Positions 10,987-23,443 of a stretch of 64,000 bases of DNA are shown piece after piece. The DNA comes from Flectonema sp. DT1601. Lineage: Eukaryota. A model generated the notes under the pieces. The model did no database searches, was not told the origin of the DNA, and saw only the letters and a list, made by a program, of their open reading frames with translations. Both the position numbers and the translations under genes were made by a program. The stretch is from the NCBI GenBank assembly GCA_964019425.1, contig OZ025780.1:930001-994000 (forward strand), in the 5' to 3' direction. Numbering within the stretch: the first letter of the stretch is position 1; each line of letters begins with the position of its first letter.

Positions 10987-11180
10987 CTCTACCTCTCTCT
11001 TAATTCTGTTCGTTTCTTTGAAACGAAAATTCATTTGAATATTATTCCTTGGTCAGCAACCATCATTGTCGCCCTTTGGGCCTGTTAAAAAAAAAAAAAA
11101 AAATAAAAAGAAAGTTTACATCGGGAATAGGGCAGGAGCCAAAAGCTCCCAGTCCGTTACTTCCCACCTTTTCGAAATTC

Positions 11181-12270
11181 AAAGTTGCTACAACCAAAAG
11201 ACAACTGCAAAAAAAAAAGGTTTTTGTAGGGGAGCTACAATGTAGCAATAATGTCACACAGTCATGTGGCAAGCTGGATAAGAGATTTGGGAGAGGAATA
11301 GGGGCAGTGAACTTTTGGTTCAGGCCCTTCCCATCGAACAGGACGAAGACTTCTAAAACCTGAGATGAACCAATTGAGTTGAAACAAACAAATAACAGAG
11401 ACGCAACACATACCGGAACATCATCGCAAGCAATGCTTCGGACCTCCGTCGACCTTCGTTCTTCCGGCGGCAAAGGGAAACAAGAAAGAACGGGCAATGA
11501 GACAAACCTGTTAGTTGGTGTTGTGTTGTTGTTAAAAACAAAAACATAAACGCCAGGAAGTTCGACAACGAAGACATCGACATCGATCGCTGCTCTGCAG
11601 ATGTCCGGCGGGTGTTTGTCTACACTGTGTTTATTGTTTGTTTTTTTCCCAAGGTTCAACCTTGGGAAGAGAAGTAAAAAATTCCGTCAATGTTGGCCTT
11701 CCTGTTCGAAGGTGCGCACCAATGACGATAAATAGAGTGGGGGGGAGAAAACCTTTGATCCAACTGGATCCCTTCACGAGCCGACATTGCCATGTGAAGT
11801 TAAATATTCTGGCGATGCCAGCTCAGGCGACTTAGCCTGCTTTTTTCTTTAAATAAAAACAATAAAAAGATACCAACAGGTGGGGTGATGGGTTGCGCCA
11901 CTGCAATCCAGTCACAAAAAGAAACAAAGGTAATCTCAAGGGTTCTCGACCCTTGGCTCTCCCTGCGCAAGCATCGCATGGAGGGTGACGCTAAGCACCC
12001 GGGGGGTACGAAACAAACTTTCCCCCTGCTGTCCTGTTTGAAATAAAAAAAAAAAACAAAGGGATAGAAGTAAACAGAATACGTTACACCTCAACAGGTG
12101 ACGCTAAACACCCAGGGGATACAAACCAAACTTTCCCCCTGTTGCCCTGTTTGAAATAAATTAAAAAAAGAACAAGAAAACAGAATACAATACTCAGCAA
12201 TCAGACTCGTTCACTCGCTTCGCCAGAGCCGTTCGAGCCGATGCTCATGTAAAGTTACCTGTTTTCTTTT
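11181..12270 (-). repeat. Family B unit, remainder of the copy interrupted at 3360
   Basis: Matches the unit sequence from 672 onward; ORF 11063-11659 shares its N-terminal part with 554-1150. Confidence 0.9.
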
Positions 12271-12290
12271 AAGGAGCTGAAAAGCAAAAA

Positions 12291-14890
12291 AAGTTCACTG
12301 CCCCTATTCCTCTCCCAAATTTCTTATTCAGCTTGCCACATGACTGTGTGACATTATTGCTACATTGTAGCTCCCCTACAAAAACCTTATTTTTTGCAGT
12401 TGTCTTTTGGTTGTAGCAACTTTTATTTTATGCTTTTCTAATGTCCCAAAGTTGGTTTATTTTACTTTTTTTTTCTGCAAGGGAACAGTCCAAAGCATAA
12501 GTCCGAACAGCCCTAAGGCCAGTGAACGCACTGATTGTTAGGTATTGTATTCCAGGGAAAGTTTGGTTTGTATACTTTATTTTTATTTTATTTTATTTAA
12601 TTTGTTAAAAGAAAACAGGTAACTTTACATGAGCATCGGCTCGAACGGCTCTGGCGAAGCGAGTGAACGAGTCTGATTGCTGAGTATTGTATTCTGTTTT
12701 CTTGTTCTTTTTTTAATTTATTTCAAACAGGGCAACAGGGGGAAAGTTTGGTTTGTATCCCCTGGGTGTTTAGCGTCACCTGTTGAGGTGTAATGTATTC
12801 TGTTTACTTCTATCCCTTTGTTTTTTTTTTTTTTTTTTTATTTCAAACAGGACAGCAGGGGGAAAGTTTGTTTCGTACCCCCCGGGTGCTTAGCGTCACC
12901 CTCCATGCGATGCTTGCGCAGGGAGAGCCAAGGGTCGAGAACCCTGGAGATTACCTTTGTTTCTTTTTGTGACTGGATTGCAGTGGCGCAACCCATCACC
13001 CCACCTGTTGGTATCTTTTTATTTTTTTTATTTAAAGAAAAAAGCAGGCTAAGTCGCCTGAGCTGGCATCGCCAGAATATTTAACTTCACATGGCAATGT
13101 CAGCTCGTGAAGGGATCCAGTTGGATCAAAGGTTTTCTCCCCCCCCACTCTATTTATCGTCATTGGTGCGCACCTTCGAACAGGAAGGCCAACATTGACG
13201 GAATTTTTTACTTCTCTTCCCAGGGTTGAACCTTGGGAAAAAAACAAACAATAAACACAGTGTAGACAAACACCCGCCGGACATCTGCAGAGCAGCGATC
13301 GATGTCGATGTCTTCGTTGTCGAACTTCCTGGCGTTTATGTTTTTGTTTTTAACAACAACACAACACCAACTAACAGGTTTGTCTCATTGCCCGTTCTTT
13401 CTTGTTTCCCTTTGCCGCCGGAAGAACGAAGGTCGACGGAGGTCCGAAGCATTGCTTGCGATGATGTTCCGGTATGTGTTGCGTCTCTGTTATTTGTTTG
13501 TTTCAACTCAATTGGTTCATCTCAGGTTTTAGAAGTCTTCGTCCTGTTCGTTGGGAAGGGCCTGAATCAAAAGTTCACTGCCCCTATTCCTCTCCCAAAT
13601 TTCTTATTCAGCTTGCCACATGACTGTGTGACATTATTGCTACATTGTAGCTCCCCTACAAAAACCTTATTTTTTGCAGTTGTCTTTTGGTTGTAGCAAC
13701 TTTTATTTTATGCTTTTCTAATGTCCCAAAGTTGGTTTATTTTACTTTTTTTTTCTGCAAGGGAACAGTCCAAAGCATAAGTCCGAACAGCCCTAAGGCC
13801 AGTGAACGCACTGATTGTTAGGTATTGTATTCCAGGGAAAGTTTGGTTTGTATACTTTATTTTTATTTTATTTTATTTAATTTGTTAAAAGAAAACAGGT
13901 AACTTTACATGAGCATCGGCTCGAACGGCTCTGGCGAAGCGAGTGAACGAGTCTGATTGCTGAGTATTGTATTCTGTTTTCTTGTTCTTTTTTTAATTTA
14001 TTTCAAACAGGGCAACAGGGGGAAAGTTTGGTTTGTATCCCCTGGGTGTTTAGCGTCACCTGTTGAGGTGTAATGTATTCTGTTTACTTCTATCCCTTTG
14101 TTTTTTTTTTTTTTTTTTTATTTCAAACAGGACAGCAGGGGGAAAGTTTGTTTCGTACCCCCCGGGTGCTTAGCGTCACCCTCCATGCGATGCTTGCGCA
14201 GGGAGAGCCAAGGGTCGAGAACCCTGGAGATTACCTTTGTTTCTTTTTGTGACTGGATTGCAGTGGCGCAACCCATCACCCCACCTGTTGGTATCTTTTT
14301 ATTTTTTTTATTTAAAGAAAAAAGCAGGCTAAGTCGCCTGAGCTGGCATCGCCAGAATATTTAACTTCACATGGCAATGTCAGCTCGTGAAGGGATCCAG
14401 TTGGATCAAAGGTTTTCTCCCCCCCCACTCTATTTATCGTCATTGGTGCGCACCTTCGAACAGGAAGGCCAACACTGACGGAATTTTTTACTTCTCTTCC
14501 CAGGGTTGAACCTTGGGAAAAAAACAAACAATAAACACAGTGTAGACAAACACCCGCCGGACATCTGCAGAGCAGCGATCGATGTCGATGTCTTCGTTGT
14601 CGAACTTCCTGGCGTTTATGTTTTTGTTTTTAACAACAACACAACACCAACTAACAGGTTTGTCTCATTGCCCGTTCTTTCTTGTTTCCCTTTGCCGCCG
14701 GAAGAACGAAGGTCGACGGAGGTCCGAAGCATTGCTTGCGATGATGTTCCGGTATGTGTTGCGTCTCTGTTATTTGTTTGTTTCAACTCAATTGGTTCAT
14801 CTCAGGTTTTAGAAGTCTTCGTCCTGTTCGTTGGGAAGGGCCTGAATCAAAAGTTCACTGCCCCTATTCCTCTCCCAAATTTCTTATTCA
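12291..14890 (+). repeat. Family B, inverted orientation, 1280-bp variant, two units plus short terminal redundancy, ending 38 nt after the CAAAA loop
   Basis: ORFs at 13226/14506 and 12818/14098 (period 1280); reverse complement of the 1-3360 unit with an internal deletion. Confidence 0.9.
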
Positions 14891-14994
14891 AAAAAGGAAA
14901 CAATCAGTTTAGCGTCTCGATCAGGACGGAAAATAGAAATTAATCGACATAGTCGATCGATAGAAAAAAAAAAACAGTGATAACATTGTTTATT

Positions 14995-15030
<36 letters not shown>

Positions 15031-16317
15031 TTTTTAATTATTTTAAAGAAAAAACAATCAGTTTAGCGTCTTGATCAGGACGGAAAATAGTAAGTAATCG
15101 ACATAGTCGATCGATAAAAAAAAACAATGATAACATTGTTTATTCCTTTTTTTTTTTTTTATTCTTTTTATTTATTTTTAAAGAAAAAACAATCAGTTTA
15201 GCGTCCTGACCAGGACGGAAAATAGAAAGTAATCGACATAGTCGATCGATAAAAAAAACAATGATAACATTGTTTATTCTTTTTTTTTTTTTAATTTAAT
15301 TCTTTTTATTAATTTTTAAAAAGAAAAAAAAATGGAAATAGAAATTAGTCAACAAAGTCGAACGATAAAAAAAACAATGATAACATTGTTTATTCTTTTT
15401 TTTGTATTTTTTTATATTCTTTTTTATTAATTTTGAAAAAAAAACAATCAGTTTAGCGTCTTGACCAGGACGGAAAATAGAAAGTAATCGACATAGTCGA
15501 TCGATAAAAAAAACAATGATAACATTGTTTATTCTTTTTTTTTTTTTTTTTTTTTTAATTCTTTTTATTTATTTTTTAAAAAGAAAAAAAATGGAAAATA
15601 GAAATTAGTCAACAAAGTCGAACGATAAAAAAAAACAATGATAACACTGTTTATTCTTTTTTTTTTTATTTTTTTTATATTCTTTTTTATTAATTTTGAA
15701 AAAAAAAACAATCAGTTTAGCGTCTTGACCAGGACGGAAAATAGAAAGTAATCGACATAGTCGATCGATAAAAAAACAATGATAACATTGTTTATTCTTT
15801 TTTTTTTTTTATTTTAAATTCTTTTTATTTATTTTTTAAAGAAAAAAAAACGGAAAATAGAAATTAGTCGACAAAGTCGAACGATAAAAAAAAACAATGA
15901 TAACATTGTTTATTCTTTTTTTTGTATTTTTTTATATTCTTTTTTATTAATTTTGAAAAAAAAAACAATCAGTTTAGCGTCTTGACCAGGACGGAAAATA
16001 GAAAGTAATCGACATAATCGATCGATAAAAAAAACAATGATAACATTGTTTATTCTTTTTTTTTTTTTTTTTTTTTTTTAAATTCTTTTTATTAATTTTT
16101 TAAAGAAAAAAAACGGAAAATAGAAATTAGTCAACAAAGTCGAACGATAAAAAAAAACAATGATAACATTGTTTATTCTTTTTTTTTATTTTTTTTTTTT
16201 AATATTTTTTTTTTATTTTGAAAAAAAAAACAATCAGTTTAGCGTCTTGACCAGGACGGAAAATAGAAAGTAATCGACATAGTCGATCGATAAAAAAAAC
16301 AATGATAACATTGTTTA
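14891..16317 (-). repeat. Family A satellite array, minus orientation (left part; continues at 23444-24359)
   Basis: Reverse-complement units; begins with the terminal-unit variant CGTCTCGATCAGGACG. Confidence 0.95.
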
Positions 16318-17042
16318 CTGTAAAGGGAAATATTCTTGTGGGGAAAAACCCGCGAGTTTTTCTCATTTTTCCTAAATCCGCGAGAATATTTCCCCGCGAG
16401 AATATTTCCCTGCTAACAAACATTTTGCCCAGCCATTTTTTTTTTCCCCTTGTGAAAGAAAAGGTGTGAAAATACAATAAACTAGGAAAATTTATTTAGT
16501 GCAGTTATATTTTATTGGTGTGCTGTAAGTAGAAAAATATAATTAGAAGTGAACATATAAATTGAATCATTCAAATTGCTGTGAGGGAACTTATACAAAA
16601 GAGAGAAGAAAACAAAATTAAAAGTAAATAGAAACAAGCTAAGGGAATTTATAAAATAGGGAGAAAAATATACTGTAAAGGGAAATATTCTTGTGGGGAA
16701 AAACCCGCGAGTTTTTCTCATTTTTCCTAAATCCGCGAGAATATTTCCCCGCGAGAATATTTCCCTGCTAACAAACATTTTGCCCAGCCATTTTTTTTTT
16801 CCCCTTGTGAAAGAAAAGGTGTGAAAATACAATAAACTAGGAAAATTTATTTAGTGCAGTTATATTTTATTGGTGTGCTGTAAGTAGAAAAATATAATTA
16901 GAAGTGAACATATAAATTGAATCATTCAAATTGCTGTGAGGGAACTTATACAAAAGAGAGAAGAAAACAAAATTAAAAGTAAATAGAAACAAGCTAAGGG
17001 AATTTATAAAATAGGGAGAAAAATATAGGGGAAAACATAGAT

Positions 17043-19478
17043 TTAATCAATGTTGATAACTTCAGGTCCTACTTCAATTTCAGGTACTTCTTCAAAATCC
17101 TGAACACTGTTAGGATTAGGAACTGAAGAAATTGAAGAATCTGGGTCAGAATAGTAGCCTGAAAGATCATCAACATCAATAGTGGTTTGGGAGCCATCAA
17201 CTGCATAAAAGCTAGTTGTGTCTGAAATTGACTGGGATTCACCTAGATGATAAGGGGTAAGTGCCCTGTTAAAGCCAGCAATAATAGTCTCCTTTGGTGT
17301 TTCATAGTAAGACTCAATAACCCAAATAGTTACGGTCTGTTAAAAAAAAAAAAAGTTTAAATAAGTTAAATTGAACATGTTAACTCAATTCCTCAATTCT
17401 TCCGTCATGGTCATGACATTCTTTTTCGTTTTTCTAATGCACAAGAGATACCATCACTCATGAGATACCAACGCACATACGAGATACCAGCACTCCAGAG
17501 ATACCGACACGCTAGAGATACCAAGTCACTTGAGATACCTCCTTGTAAATTAATTCCCGGTATTTCAAATCTGAATTGATAGTGTCAACTCTGCTTGCTG
17601 CTCTTGTTCATGTGTTGTCTCCTGAAAGTGATCTTAACTCCTATAAAAAGAAAAAAAAAAAAAAAGAAATCAAAAAAGAAGAATTTTCAAACGAAGTTAT
17701 AACAACCCCTACCACCCATTATGATCAATTCCGCTTGTTTTTTTTTTTTTTTTAAAAACAAATAAAACAAATAAAAAAAAAAAAATTATAAAAGATCAAA
17801 CAATGTTATCATTGTTTTTTTTTATCGATCGACTCTGTCGACTAATTTCTATTTTCCGTTTTTTTTCTTTAAAAAATAAATAAAAAGAATTTAAAAAAAA
17901 AAAAAAAAAAAGATTAAACAATGTTATCATTGTTTTTTTATCGATCGACTATGTCGATTACTTTCTATTTTCCGTCCTGGTCAAGACGCTAAACTGATTG
18001 TTTTTTTCAAAATTAATAAAAAAGAATATAAAAAAAAAAATAAAAAAAAAAAAAAAGAATAAACAATGTTATCATTATTTTTTCTATCGTTCGACTTTGT
18101 CGACTAATTTCTATTTTCCGTTTTTTTTCTTTAAAAATAAATAAAAAGAATTTAAAAAACAAAAAAAGAATAAACAATGTTATCATTTTTTTTTTTTTAT
18201 CGATCGACTATGTCGATCACTTTCTATTTTCCGTCCTGGTCAAGACGCTAAACTGATTGTTTTTTTTTTTCAAAATTAAAAAAGAATATAAAAAAAAAAA
18301 AATAAAAAAAAAAAAAGAATAAACAATGTTATCATTGTTTTTTTTATCGATCGACTCTGTCGACTAATTTCTATTTTCTTTTTTTTCTTTAAAAAATAAA
18401 TAAAAAGAATTTAAAAAAAAAAAAAAAAAAGAATAAACAATGTTATCATTGTTTTTTTATCGATCGACTATGTCGATTACTTTCTATTTTCCGTCCTGGT
18501 CAAGACGCTAAACTGATTGTTTTTTTCAAAATTAATAAAAAAGAATATAAAAAAAAAATAAAAAAAAAAGATTAAACAATGTTATCATTGTTTTTTTTAT
18601 CGTTCGACCTTGTCGACTAATTTCTATTTTCCGTTTTTTTCTTTAAAAATAAATAAAAAAGAATTTAAAAAAAAAAAAAAAAAAGAATAAACAATGTTAT
18701 CATTGTTTTTTTATCGATCGACTATGTCGATTACTTTCTATTTTCCGTCCTGGTCAAGACGCTAAACTGATTGTTTTTTTCAAAATTAATAAAAAAGAAT
18801 ATAATAAAAAAAATAAAAAAAAAATAAAAAAAAAATAAAAAAAAAATAAAAAAAAAAAGATTAAACAATGTTATCATTGTTTTTTTTTATCGTTCGACCT
18901 TGTCGACTAATTTCTATTTTTTTTTTCTTTAAAAATAAATAAGAAAGAATTTAAAAAAAAAAAAAAAAAAGAATAAACAATGTTATCATTGTTTTTTTTA
19001 TCGATCGACTCTGTCGACTAATTTCTATTTTCTTTTTTTTCTTTAAAAAATAAATAAAAAGAATTTAAAAAAAAAAAAAAAAAAGAATAAACAATGTTAT
19101 CATTGTTTTTTTATCGATCGACTATGTCGATTACTTTCTATTTTCCGTCCTGGTCAAGACGCTAAACTGATTGTTTTTTTCAAAATTAATAAAAAAGAAT
19201 ATAAAAAAAAAAATAAAAAAAAAATAAGAAAAAAATAAAAAAAAAAAGATTAAACAATGTTATCATTGTTTTTTTTTATCGTTCGACCTTGTCGACTAAT
19301 TTCTATTTTTTTTTCTTTAAAAATAGATAAAAAAGAATAAAAAAAAAAAAAAAAAAAAAGAATAAACAATGTTATCATTGTTTTTTTATCGATCGACTAT
19401 GTCGATTACTTTCTATTTTCCGTCCTGGTCAAGACGCTAAATTGATTGTTTCTTCTTTAAAAATAAATTAAAAAAAAA

Positions 19479-19515
<37 letters not shown>

Positions 19516-19883
19516 AATAAACAATGTTATCATTGTTTTTATCGATCGGCTTTGTCGACTAATTTCTATTTTCCGTCCTGGTCAAGACGCTAAACTGATT
19601 GTTTTTCTAAAAATAAATAAAAAGAATAAAAAAAAAAAAAAAAAAAAAAAGAATAAACAATGTTATCATTGTTTTTTTATCGATCGACTCTGTCGACTAA
19701 TTTCTATTTTCCGTTTTCTTTTCTTTAAAAAATAAATAAAAAGAATAAAAAAAAAAAAAAAAAAAAAAAGAATAAACAATGTTATCATTGTTTCTTATCG
19801 ATCGACTTTGTCGACTAATTTCTATTTTCCGTCCTGGTCAAGACGCTAAACTGATTGTTTTTTCTTTAAAAATAAATAAAAGA

Positions 19884-19916
<33 letters not shown>

Positions 19917-20259
19917 AATAAACAATGTTATCATTGTTTTTTTATCGTTCGACTCTGTCGACTAATTTCTATTTTTTTTTTCTTTAAAAAATAAATAAAA
20001 AGAATAAAAAAAAAAAAAAAAAAAAAAAGAATAAACAATGTTATCATTGTTTTTTTATCGATCGACTCTGTCGACTAATTTCTATTTTCCGTTTTCTTTT
20101 CTTTAAAAAATAAATAAAAAGAATAAAAAAAAAAAAAAAAAAAAAAGAATAAACAATGTTATCATTGTTTCTTATCGATCGACTTTGTCGACTAATTTCT
20201 ATTTTCCGTCCTGGTCAAGACGCTAAACTGATTGTTTTTTCTTTAAAAATAAATAAAAG

Positions 20260-20294
<35 letters not shown>

Positions 20295-23055
20295 AATAAA
20301 CAATGTTATCATTGTTTTTTTTTATCGATCGACTTTGTCGACTAATTTCTATTTTCCGTCCTGGTCAAGACGCTAAACTGATTATTTTTTTCTTTAAAAA
20401 ATAAATAAAAAGAATAAAAAAAAAAAAAAAAAAAAAATGAATAAACAATGTTATCATTGGTTCTTATCGATCGACTTTGTCGACTAATTTCTATTTTCCG
20501 TCCTGGTCAAGACGCTAAACTGATTGTTTATTCTTTTAAAAAATAAATAAAAGATATAAAAAAAAAAAAAAAAAAAAAGAAATAAACAATGTTATCATTG
20601 GTTTTTTTTATCGATCGACTTTGTCGATTACTGTCTACTTTCCGTCCTGGTCAAGACGCTAAACTGATTTTTTTTTTTTTTTTTAAAAATTAATAAAAAG
20701 AATATAAAAAAAAAAAAAAAAAAAAAATGAATAAACAATGTTATCATTGTTTCTTATCGATCGACTTTGTCGACTAATTTCTATTTTCCGTCCTGGTCAG
20801 GACGCTAAACTGATTGTTTTTTCTTTAAAAAATAAATAAAAAGATAAATAAAAAAAAAAAAAAAAAAAAAGGAATAAACAATGTTATCATTGTTTTTTTT
20901 ATCGATCGACTATGTCGATTACTTTCTATTTTCCGTCCTGGTCAGGACGCTAAACTGATTGTTTTTTCTTTAAGAAATAAATAAAAAGTTAAAAAAAAAA
21001 AAAAAAAAAAAAAAAGGAATAAACAATGTTATCATTGTTTTTTTTTTATCGATCGACTATGTCGATTACTTTCTATTTTCTGTCCTGGTCAAGACGCTAA
21101 ACGGAAGTTTTTTCTTTAAAATAATTAAAAGGATTTAAAAAAAAAAAAAAAAAAAAAAAAAGAATAAACAATGTTATCATTGTTTTTTTTTCTATCGATC
21201 GACTATGTCGATTGATTTCTATTTTCCGTCCTGATCGAGACACTAAACTGATTGTTTCCTTTTTTTTTAAATAATAAATAAAAAAAAAAAAAATAAAAAA
21301 AAAAAAAAAAAAGAGCATCTCCCTGCTATCCCTCATATCCCCACAATAATATTATACCTTTTCATTTTCTCTTTCCTTTTCTGGTCTTTATTTTTTTTTT
21401 TCCTTTTTCATACAACGTTTTTTTATTTATATATTTTTTTTTTTTTTTTTTCATGTTTGATTATTTCCTCTTCATATTTTTTTTCTTTTTTCTTTTCTTT
21501 CTTTTTTTTCTTTTTTTTCTCTGCCTCTCTCTTAATTCTGTTCGTTTCTTTGAAACGAAAATTCATTTGAATATTATTCCTTGGTCAGCAACCATCATTG
21601 TCGCCCTTTGGGCCTGTTAAAAAAAAAAAAAATAAAAAGAAAGTTTACATCGGGAATAGGGCAGGAGCCAAAAGCTCCCAGTCCGTTACTTCCCACTTTA
21701 TCGAAATTGCTTGCCTGTCTCTTAGGGAAGATGTTCGCAAATCAGGTAAAACTGGGATTTTAGGGATTTGAGAATCATCAAAGTTCTGTCCAGTTTCCTG
21801 TGCAGCCCTTTGAAGTTCCTCAATCTCCTTTTGCCTTTTTTTTTGTTTTGTTAAAATAGAATTTATCTCTTCAGAATACCAATTACAAAACTTGTTTCTA
21901 AATCTTTGCTTCAAACCAGCAAAAACTGAAATGTCCAGTGGTTGTAGCTTACCTGTCCAACCAGCTGGTATAAATATTGGCAGGTAGCCAAAGGATAAAA
22001 AGAAATCAAACATGGTACAATCATCCTGGCCACTAAAATGATCAAGAAGGATAATAAATATTTGGTTTTCATCAAGATTGTTACTCTCAACAATCTTAAG
22101 TCTGATTGGGTGAAGGTGAAATTCAATGTACTGCCTGGTTAGTTGTTTATTGGCAAAATGGTTTGTTGAACCAGAGGATAATATAAAACATTTGCCCTGA
22201 AGATTAGGAGATAGCTTTGGTTGACTGCGAGTAGTTTTGCCAGGTACAATCAAACAGAAGGGGTGGATATCACCTGCCTGTGAAACACAAGCAATACCTG
22301 TGATCTGCCTTTTATCATTGGCACAAGTAATTGGGACTTGAGTGGCCCCCCTTTGTTCCAAGGTCTTCTTTGGTGCTGGTGTTAACTGTAGCCCTGTGTG
22401 ATCAATATTTAATACACAGCAGGGTGGAACTTCACAGTCATGTATTGCCTGTTTTAGTTCCATTGTAAACTCCCTTTGTGCTTCAAGGAGATTCTTCTCT
22501 TGAAGGGGTTTACTTGCAGTTGCTGAGCGCCAAACAAATCCTCTTGCACCCATAAACTTCTTTGCCCATTCAGTTGTGAATGTAATTTCCCTTTGTGGGT
22601 CATTTCTGTAGTATATGGCCTTGGCTGTGGCCTTAACTACCAGACTGTTGATTGAAGCACCAAACCTTCTTAAGTTCCTTAGGTGTGCTAAGACCTCTTC
22701 TTCATTTGTTTCTGAAAGGTGGGAAGGTCTTCCAGCTTTTCGCTTGACTGCCTGCATACTGTTCCTTTCTCTATAAAGCTTAACTGCATGTCTTGCAGTT
22801 GTCTCTGCAAGTCTCTTTCCCTTCACCTTGGTTCCACACCCTGATCCCTGCTGCTAAGTTGGTGGCCACTGACATCCTCCTACCTATCTCTATCAGTTCT
22901 TCTTTTTCCCACTTCACCTGATTTCTCTTTCCCTTTTCCTCTCTTACTTGCCTAGCAATGCTTCTTACTATTGGTCCAGGTAGGTTGAATCTTGGTGGTG
23001 GTGTATTTCCATCCTTCTTTAGGAAGGAAGTAATAAGTGGCTGTTCCTTTGGCAT
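17043..23055 (-). pseudogene. pogo-family transposase (CENP-B-like HTH + DDE_1) in pieces: 23055-~22826, frameshift, 22826-21704, then 17327-17043
   Basis: Motifs VLNIDHTG, KRQITGI, IILLDHFSGQ, IPAGWTGKLQPLDISVFAGLK. Rejoining across the insert reads ..SSLRDRQAIWVIESYYETPKETIIAGFNRA..EVINID*. Confidence 0.9.
17328..21703 (+). mobile_element. Family A element, 5'-truncated copy inserted in the pogo transposase
   Basis: Starts at the equivalent of 6550, has its own satellite array (~17795-21310) and the same 3' end; AAAT on both flanks. Confidence 0.9.
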
Positions 23056-23443
23056 TGTTGTTTTGTTTGCTGGTTTAAATAACTTTTTTAACTTGATGAT
23101 GTACACACACAGAAATCTAAATCATTGCAGTAAAATTCTTTAGCAATTATTACTAGTTGTTCCCTTGGTATGTTTGTTTTTGTTTGCTAAGTTCAAATAA
23201 ATTCCTTTAACTTTTGGTTCCAACCATGATTGCACTTGATGCAGGACATAAAAATAATAATCCTTACATAAACTCTGCAATAAATTTTTTTTGTTGCAGG
23301 GAAATATTTCTTACAGCAGAAATCCTCTGTGGCAGGGAAATATTCTTGTGGGGAAAAACCCGCGAGTTTGAAAAAAAATCCCCAAATCCGCGAGAATATT
23401 TCCCCGCAAGAATATTTCCCCGCGAGAATATTTCCCTTTACAG

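Larger units (their letters stand above)
3361..11174 (+). mobile_element. Family A element, longest copy (ORF, structured motif, 212-bp repeats, GAGATACC array, satellite array, T-rich tail, terminal CAAAA stem-loop), inserted in a family B unit
   Basis: Family B sequence stops at 3360 (..CATAAAAT) and resumes at 11181 (AAAGTTGCTAC) after ..TTCG AAAT TC. The same right end recurs at 21703, 27113 and 29141. Confidence 0.85.
16318..23443 (-). mobile_element. pogo/Tigger-like (Tc1/mariner, DDE_1) DNA transposon inserted at TA in the satellite; duplicated 355-bp end; split by a family A insertion
   Basis: TIR CTGTAAAGGGAAATATTCT at 16318 (and 16673), reverse complement ending 23443. The flanks TTGTTTA|...|TATTCTT restore the satellite with a TA duplication. 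Confidence 0.92.

Noticed and set aside
11122..11180. Canonical Helitron 3' end or histone stem-loop
   Set aside because: There is no consistent CTRR terminus across copies; loop and stem geometry differ from the histone stem-loop, and wobble pairs favour the CAAAA strand.
3361..14890. Canonical hammerhead ribozyme, as expected for many Penelope-like elements and retrozymes
   Set aside because: No CTGANGA..GAAA core with flanking stems was found by eye (CTGATGA at ~4976 lacks the partner). A covariance search is needed to exclude variants.
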